32,000 bases of DNA from Delftia acidovorans NBRC 14950 (GTDB lineage Bacteria; Pseudomonadota; Gammaproteobacteria; Burkholderiales; Burkholderiaceae_C). A program made the translations under genes and the position numbers. The first letter of the stretch is position 1. Every line of letters starts with the position of its first letter. Positions 26,375 to 32,000 of the stretch are shown in pieces. The DNA lies in the NCBI RefSeq assembly GCF_001598795.1, contig NZ_BCZP01000007.1, positions 120,001 to 152,000 on the forward strand, written 5' to 3'. The notes under the pieces are model-generated. The model was not told the DNA's origin. It worked only from the letters and a program-made list of their open reading frames with translations, and searched no databases.

Positions 26375-26528
26375 GATTTTCTATCGCGCGGCAACCACGA
26401 TTTGCCGTGTATCGGTCAATGGAGCGGGTTAATGATAATTCATTCCTTTTATCAATTCATATCGCACCGCTTGGCCATCGCACTCGGAACCGAGGATAGC
26501 CAGCCCGCAGGCAGCGTGTGAATTCAAT

Positions 26529-27791
26529 GTGCGTACACATCTGATAGAGCAGATCAACGAAATGACCCTTCGTAAATCCACATTCGCACCTTTGAGCAGA
26601 ATTTTCGCTTTTGCCATTGAACTGGATGGAGTCGACCGTGTTCTGTCTGTCGTTCGTCGGCATCTCGGCATGGATGTCGCCTTTGTAGCCCGATTCCGGG
26701 AAGAAGATCGGGTGCTGGAGCATGTGGACGAGAGCACTGCCGGAGTGATTTTCCAGCATCAGAAGATTCCATTGAGCGAGGGCTATTGCCAGAAAGTGGT
26801 CAATGGCGAGTTGCCGGAGTTGATTCCCGACACCTCCCTGTTGGCCGCGGCCCAGGAGATACCGGAAACGCACACCATTCCTATCGGCTCGCACCTGAGC
26901 GTTCCCATCCGCCTGAATGACAACCAATTGTTCGGCACCTTGTGCTGCTTCAGCCACCAGCCCAATCCTGCGCTGAATGCGCACGATATGTCACTGCTGC
27001 GGGCATTCTCCGATTTATTGGGACTTCATTTCAGTGCGACTTCTGCCGTCCGGCATGCAAGAGACAAAGTGACGCACGAAATTCGACTTGCAATGCAAGG
27101 CAATGCGCTGCGCCCCGTATTTCAGCCCGTATACACCATCGCGACCGGCAAGCTGCATGGTTTCGAATGTCTGTCACGCTTTGACCTGGAGCCACGTCGC
27201 CCGCCCGACCAGTGGTTCAAGGCAGCGCACGAGGTGGGGCTGGGGCTGGAGCTGGAGCGCCATGCGATCGACACAGCGCTTGGCGCGCTTGGCAGCCTGC
27301 CCACCGACTGGCTGCTCGCCGTCAACTGCTCGCCGCAGCTGATCCAGTCGGGGCAGTTGCCCAGGCTTCTGGGTTCAGACCGGGATCTCTCGCGCGTGAC
27401 GCTGGAAATCACGGAGCATGCCGCCGTGGATGACTACAGGGCTTTGGCCGATGCACTGGCGCCGCTGCGGCGCCGGGGCGCGACCTTGGCAGTCGACGAT
27501 GCGGGGGCCGGCTACTCCAGCATGCGGCACATCCTGCATCTGCAACCAGACATGATCAAGCTGGACATGAGCATCACGCACGATGTCGATACCGACCGCA
27601 GCCGCCGTGCGCTGGCCAAGGGCCTCACGAGCTTCGCGCACGAGATAGGAAGCGTGGTGGTTGCCGAGGGTGTGGAGACAGCCGAGGAATTCAACACTCT
27701 GGCGAGCCTGGGCGTGGATTTGGCCCAGGGCTACTTTTTTGCCAAGCCGATAGGGCCGCAAGAGGCGCTGGCAATGGGCGCTGCAATATAG
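26529..27791 (+). CDS. c-di-GMP phosphodiesterase (GAF-like sensor + EAL domain)
   Basis: EAL-domain motifs: FQPVY, GFECLSRF (ECL variant of EAL), EITEHAAV, AVDDAGAGYSS, KLDMSI, VVAEGVET, QGYFFAKP. The N-terminal region of about 170 aa looks GAF-like (LSVVRRHLGMDVAFVARF...). The start is a GTG at 26529 or the ATG at 26562. Confidence 0.85.
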   Translation: MRTHLIEQINEMTLRKSTFAPLSRIFAFAIELDGVDRVLSVVRRHLGMDVAFVARFREEDRVLEHVDESTAGVIFQHQKIPLSEGYCQKVVNGELPELIPDTSLLAAAQEIPETHTIPIGSHLSVPIRLNDNQLFGTLCCFSHQPNPALNAHDMSLLRAFSDLLGLHFSATSAVRHARDKVTHEIRLAMQGNALRPVFQPVYTIATGKLHGFECLSRFDLEPRRPPDQWFKAAHEVGLGLELERHAIDTALGALGSLPTDWLLAVNCSPQLIQSGQLPRLLGSDRDLSRVTLEITEHAAVDDYRALADALAPLRRRGATLAVDDAGAGYSSMRHILHLQPDMIKLDMSITHDVDTDRSRRALAKGLTSFAHEIGSVVVAEGVETAEEFNTLASLGVDLAQGYFFAKPIGPQEALAMGAAI

Positions 27792-28084
27792 ACCACGATC
27801 TTCCAGCAGGCATCCTCGTCTGGCTGCCGGCCGCCTGTTGGCCGAAACCGCCGAAGGCAGTACCCAGCCACCAATTGACCGAAATCAAGCGCCACCGGCA
27901 ATTGCGCCCGGCCGCCACGCACCCGGCGCATAATCTTTCGCATTCTTTCCCCCAGCCCATCCGCCATTGCAGGTCTGCATGCGGCAGGCGCGCCCAGCGG
28001 CCATCGCGGCGCTCCAGCATTTCCCCAGACTTCCAGCAAGTGCCTCTTGGCAGGCGGCCATGGGCATGCCTACGGTGAACCCAG

Positions 28085-29194
28085 ATGGAAGTTTTGCAGC
28101 AACTCGAACCCCTCATGCGCGAGATCATCGCGCCCCAGGCCGCGCAGATTGACGAGCAGGCGCGCTACCCGCGCGCAGCGCTGGATGCGCTGGCCGCAGC
28201 CGGCCTGCTGGGCCTGATCAGCGCCAGCGAGGTGGGTGGGCGGGGCAAGGGCCTGGCCGAGGCGGTACAGGTGATCGAGCGCATTGCCCAGGACTGCCCC
28301 TGCACGGCCATGGTGCTGACCATGCACTACTGCGGCGTGGCACTGATCGAGCCCTTTGCCGATGACGCGGTGCGCCGCGACATTGCCGCCGGCCGCCACA
28401 TCACCACGCTGGCCGTGTCCGAGGCGGGATCGCGCAGCCATATCTGGGCGCCCACGGGCACGGCCACCGCCGCTGAAGATGTCATCCACCTGAATGCGCT
28501 CAAGAGCATGATCACCTCGGCCGGCGAGGCCGATTCCTATGTCTGGATCTCGCGCGCCACGCAGGGCGAGGGCAATACGCTATGGCTGGTGGACAGCCGC
28601 CTGCCGGGGCTGTCCATTCCCGGGCGCTTCAACGGCATGGGGCTGCGCGGCAATGCCTCCTCGCCCATCGAGGCGCGCGATGTGGGCGTGCCGCGCGCCC
28701 GCATGCTGGGCGCCGATGGCGAGGGCGAGGCCGTGAAGGGCCGCCACCTGATGCCGTTTTTCCCCACGCTGATCGCCACCACCTCCATCGGCCTGATGCA
28801 GGGCGCACTGCGCCGCGCCGTGGCCCATGTGGCGGGCACGCGCTTTGCGGAAAGCGGCAGCTCGCTGGCCGACCTGCCCACCATCCGCGCCTACCTGGCC
28901 CGCGCCCAGCTGCGCCTGGAGCAGGCGCGCCTGCTGCGCGAAGACACCGTGGCCGCCGTGCAGGCCGCCCGCCCCGACACGCGCACGCGCCTGCTGCAGA
29001 CCAAGGCCGCCGCCGCCGAAGCCGCGCTGGAGGTGACCGACATTGCCATGCGCGTGTGCGGCGGCGCCGCCTTCCGCAAGGAGCTGGGCATAGAGCGCCT
29101 GTTCCGCGATGCGCGTGCCGCCTCGGTCATGGCGCCCACCACCGACGTGATCTACGACATGCTCGGCAAGGCCATGTGCGAAGCCGCTGCCTGA
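28085..29194 (+). CDS. Acyl-CoA dehydrogenase-fold flavoprotein (non-canonical; lacks the C-terminal catalytic Glu)
   Basis: 369 aa with ACAD-like layout: IDEQARYPRAALDALAAAGLLGL, VSEAGSRSH, GMGLRGNASSPIEARDVGVP, ERLFRDARAASVMAPTTDV. The last segment aligns with MCAD RDAKIYQIYEGT, and Ala350 replaces the catalytic Glu. Confidence 0.8.
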   Translation: MEVLQQLEPLMREIIAPQAAQIDEQARYPRAALDALAAAGLLGLISASEVGGRGKGLAEAVQVIERIAQDCPCTAMVLTMHYCGVALIEPFADDAVRRDIAAGRHITTLAVSEAGSRSHIWAPTGTATAAEDVIHLNALKSMITSAGEADSYVWISRATQGEGNTLWLVDSRLPGLSIPGRFNGMGLRGNASSPIEARDVGVPRARMLGADGEGEAVKGRHLMPFFPTLIATTSIGLMQGALRRAVAHVAGTRFAESGSSLADLPTIRAYLARAQLRLEQARLLREDTVAAVQAARPDTRTRLLQTKAAAAEAALEVTDIAMRVCGGAAFRKELGIERLFRDARAASVMAPTTDVIYDMLGKAMCEAAA

Positions 29195-29257
29195 ACCTGC
29201 GCCGCAGATCCTGTCGATAGCCTCAATCCCCTTCCCCATCCAGCAAAGGACTTCCGA

Positions 29258-30124
29258 ATGACGACAACCGCCCCTGTGATCAAGCTCGGCGCCGTGGCCT
29301 ACGCCCCCAAGGTGATCACCATCTGGGAAGGCTTCAAGGCGTATTTCATCGAGCGCGGCTACTACTTCGACTACGTGCTCTATTCCAACTACGAGTCGCT
29401 GACCGAGGCGCTGATCGCAGGCGATGTGCACCTGGCCTGGAACTCGCCGCTGGCCTTTGTGCGCGCCGACCGCATGGCCCGCGCGCGCGGCCTGCGCGTG
29501 GAATCCATCGCCATGCGCGATACCGATCTGGACCTGCATTCGCTGCTGGTCGTGCCCGCCGACAGCCCCATCCAGAACGTGCAGGACCTGCGCGGCAAGA
29601 CCGTGGGCTTCGGTGCGGTGGACTCGCCCCAGGCCACGCTGATCCCGCTGGACCATCTGCGCCAGGAAGGGCTGGTGGCCGGGCGCGACTACACGGCACG
29701 CCGCTTTGACGTGCTGGGCGGCAAGCACGGCGACCACATTGGCGGCGAGCGCCTGGCCGCCGCCGCCATGGTGGCCGGCGAGATACAGGCTTCATGGATG
29801 GTGGGTAAGAACTACCTGGCCTTTGCGCGCGAAGGCACGCTGCCGGCAGGCGGCACGCGCGTGCTGGCCACCTCGGGCGCGTTCGACCACTGCAACATGA
29901 CGGCCGGCCCGCACATCGATGCGGAACGCGCCGCCGCCTTCCGCGACATCCTGCTGGCCATGTCCTGGGACGACGCGGCCGTGCGCCCGCTGCTGGAGCT
30001 GGAAGGCCTGAAGGTCTGGCACCCAGGCCGCGGCACGGGCTACAGCCTGCTGGAGCGCGCGGTGACGGACGAGGCCTTCTACGACGCCGAAGGCCGCATC
30101 ACCGTGCAGGACTACCGTTACTGA
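29258..30124 (+). CDS. PhnD/SsuA-like periplasmic-binding-fold protein without a signal peptide
   Basis: MTTTAPVIKLGAVAYAPK begins directly with the first beta-strand. YESLTEALIAGDVHLAWNSPLAFV and VVPADSPIQNVQDLRGKTVGFGAVDSPQATLIPL match the phosphonate-binding (PhnD-like) family pattern. There is no hydrophobic leader or lipobox. Confidence 0.75.
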   Translation: MTTTAPVIKLGAVAYAPKVITIWEGFKAYFIERGYYFDYVLYSNYESLTEALIAGDVHLAWNSPLAFVRADRMARARGLRVESIAMRDTDLDLHSLLVVPADSPIQNVQDLRGKTVGFGAVDSPQATLIPLDHLRQEGLVAGRDYTARRFDVLGGKHGDHIGGERLAAAAMVAGEIQASWMVGKNYLAFAREGTLPAGGTRVLATSGAFDHCNMTAGPHIDAERAAAFRDILLAMSWDDAAVRPLLELEGLKVWHPGRGTGYSLLERAVTDEAFYDAEGRITVQDYRY

Positions 30125-30132
30125 CACGCGCC

Positions 30133-31386
30133 ATGGCCATGCCTGATTCCGACAGCGGCACCCTGCCCGCCTCCACCCTGCCTGTCATCGACCTGCAGGG
30201 CCTGGGCTTCGATGCCGGTGCCCATCTTCTGGTCAAGCACGCGCTGGCCGCCCTGCCCGTGGGCGGGCAGCTGCGCGTGACCGGCAGCGCGCCGGGCTGG
30301 CAGGCCCAGCTGTCGGGCTGGTGCAGCGACCAAGGCCACGGCCTGCGCTGGGAGGACGGCGCGGGTGCAGCACAGGCCATGGCCATCGTGGCGCGCGGCA
30401 GCGCGCAGTCCGGGCGCTGGCGTGGCGCGGCGCAGACGGGCCGCAGCGATGCACGCGCGGGCGGCGATGCCGTGGCCGCGCAGGCCCAGCCTTTCTGGGG
30501 CCTGGCCGCGCGTGGCGCGCAGGTGGAAGCCGGGGCGCCGGCCTTCCATTTCCGGCTCAGCGACAAGCTGCAGGTCTGGACCGACAGCGCCGCCGACCTC
30601 TACGCCCAGGCCGTGGCCGCGCAGTGGAATGCCGATACCGACATCGACTGGTGCGATGCACCCGAGCTCCCCGCACCCGTGGAAGACGCCATCGTCCAGC
30701 TCATGACCTACATGGTGGAGAACGAGAACGCGGCCCTGCTGGTGCCTGCGCGCTTTCTGGGCCAGCTGCACCCGCACTACCGCGAGCTGCAGGCGGCGCT
30801 GGCCATCCAGGTGGCCGACGAGGCGCGGCACATCGATGTCTTCACGCGCCGCATCCGCCGCCACGGCCGCGAGCCCGCCCTGTCCACGGCGGGCGGCCAG
30901 GCCTCGCTCAAGAGCCTGCTGGACGAGACGGATTTTTCCGTGGCGGGCTTTTTGCTGTCGGTGCTGGGCGAAGGCACCTTCGTGCACCTGCTGCAGTTCC
31001 TGCAGACCGAGGCGCCCGACCCCCTCACACGCCAGATCTGCCGCCTGGCCGCGCGCGACGAGGCGCGCCATGTGGCCCTGGGCATGTCCCACCTGCTGTA
31101 CCGCCTGCAGCACGAGCCCGGCTTCCAGCACCAGCTGGCCCAGGCCGTGGAGCAGCGCTTCGACAACCTGGCCGGCACCTCGGGCCTGAACGAGGAAGTC
31201 TTCGACGCCCTGATCCTCATCGCCGCCGGCGCCCTCACCCCCGAAGCCCTGGCCCGCGGCGCCGCCCGCGTGCAGCAGCTCATGCGCGACATGGCCGACG
31301 GCCGGTTTTCCAAGCTGCTGCGGCTGGGGTTTGAGCGTGGGCATGCGGAGCGGCTGGCTTCGCTGCATACGCGCAATTTCATGTAG
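30133..31386 (+). CDS. Fusion protein: Cys-less TusA/SirA-like domain + ferritin-like diiron-carboxylate domain
   Basis: The N-terminus VIDLQGLGFDAGAHLLVKHALAALPVGGQLRVTGS parallels TusA LD.RGL.CP.P....K.AL, but Phe26 replaces the Cys. The C-terminal four-helix-bundle signature is E196/E198 (VENENA), E230xxH233 (ADEARH), E280 (LGEGT) and E310xxH313 (RDEARH). The start lies 8 nt after the PhnD-like stop. Confidence 0.75.
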   Translation: MAMPDSDSGTLPASTLPVIDLQGLGFDAGAHLLVKHALAALPVGGQLRVTGSAPGWQAQLSGWCSDQGHGLRWEDGAGAAQAMAIVARGSAQSGRWRGAAQTGRSDARAGGDAVAAQAQPFWGLAARGAQVEAGAPAFHFRLSDKLQVWTDSAADLYAQAVAAQWNADTDIDWCDAPELPAPVEDAIVQLMTYMVENENAALLVPARFLGQLHPHYRELQAALAIQVADEARHIDVFTRRIRRHGREPALSTAGGQASLKSLLDETDFSVAGFLLSVLGEGTFVHLLQFLQTEAPDPLTRQICRLAARDEARHVALGMSHLLYRLQHEPGFQHQLAQAVEQRFDNLAGTSGLNEEVFDALILIAAGALTPEALARGAARVQQLMRDMADGRFSKLLRLGFERGHAERLASLHTRNFM

Positions 31387-31440
31387 GCACGAGAAACGGA
31401 CCCGATGCCCGGTGCCCGATCGCCACAGGAACAGCGCCGG

Positions 31441-32000
31441 TCAATCCACGATCAATTTGCTGTTGTTCAGCAGCTGCGTGATGATCTGCTCGTCCGTGGT
31501 GGCGCCGGAGTACAGCGCCTGCAGATTCACGCCTTCCAGGATGATCTGCTGTGTCTCGGCCGATGCCGAGTAGCCTGCACCCACCGCATGGGAGTCTGCA
31601 CCGAAGCCGCCCGTGTGGCTGACATGGACCCATGTATCGCCTCCCGTGATCTCGAAGTGCAGGTAGTTGGCCAGGTTGCCTGCGGCATTGCTGGGGCCTG
31701 CGGATTCACCCTGCAGCAGGTCGCGCAGGTCCAGTACATCACCGCCTGCGCCGTTGGTTCCCGCTGCCGCCGTGGAGAAGTTCTGGATTCGGTCCAAGGC
31801 CGGCGTTCCCGCCGCCCCCTGATCTCCCAGCGACCAGACAAAGACATCCACAAAGCTCTCGCCCGCATCGCCGCCTATCAACAGGTCGTCGCCGGAGCCT
31901 CCGATCAGCCGGTCCGTGCCCGATCCCGCGTTGAGGGTGTCGTTGCCGCTGCCGCCGATCAGCACATCGGAGCCCGAGCCCGCCGACAGGTTGTCGTCGC
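31441..32000 (-). CDS. RTX-type calcium-binding protein, C-terminal end with type I secretion target domain (N-terminus beyond the right window edge)
   Basis: GGxGxD nonapeptide repeats are present (LIGGSGNDTLNAGSGTDRLIGGSGDDLLIGG). The tail FVWSLGDQG...DRIQNF...GDVLDLRDLLQGE...LANYLHFEITGGDTWVHVS...QQIILEGVNLQ...IITQLLNNSKLIVD matches the T1SS C-terminal target domain pattern. The reading frame stays open to position 32000. Confidence 0.85.
   Translation of the reverse strand, partial: DDNLSAGSGSDVLIGGSGNDTLNAGSGTDRLIGGSGDDLLIGGDAGESFVDVFVWSLGDQGAAGTPALDRIQNFSTAAAGTNGAGGDVLDLRDLLQGESAGPSNAAGNLANYLHFEITGGDTWVHVSHTGGFGADSHAVGAGYSASAETQQIILEGVNLQALYSGATTDEQIITQLLNNSKLIVD

Noticed and set aside
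1-32000. A search for CRISPR arrays, rRNA and tRNA genes
   Set aside because: I saw no regularly spaced 25-40 bp direct repeats, no rRNA-like conserved blocks and no cloverleaf-compatible segments in the intergenic regions. A tRNAscan/Infernal run would be needed to exclude small RNAs formally.

Overview
High-G+C, gene-dense chromosomal DNA with Burkholderiales/Comamonadaceae-like protein content (lineage is an inference). I found no rRNA, tRNA or CRISPR array. Left to right: a Liv-type ABC importer on the minus strand (1-3597), an alpha/beta-hydrolase + MarR pair, a dCache-GGDEF cyclase and DEAD-box helicase DbpA. Next is a visibly lower-G+C scrambled island (about 9.0-12.7 kb). It holds IS30, IS5 and umuC fragments, a 132-bp inverted-repeat element and four orphan small ORFs, including a stand-alone EF-Tu domain-2-like protein and a zinc-ribbon membrane protein. 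After that come a DUF1800 lipoprotein / DUF1501 Tat-exported pair, a MerR-controlled SDR + ketopantoate-reductase-like operon, and a second patch of orphan secreted proteins (18.8-20.5 kb). These are followed by VOC, PQQ-dependent sugar dehydrogenase, MocR, aspartate racemase and AraC genes and a GAF-EAL phosphodiesterase. The best candidate for an undescribed system is a three-gene operon at 28085-31386: an acyl-CoA-dehydrogenase-fold protein lacking the canonical catalytic Glu, a leaderless PhnD-like binding-fold protein, and a Cys-less TusA-like domain fused to a diiron (E..ExxH x2) ferritin-like domain. The window ends inside an RTX-type type I secretion substrate. Many long ORFs in the six-frame track are antisense artefacts of high G+C. 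All calls come from reading translations and motifs by eye; no searches or statistics were run.
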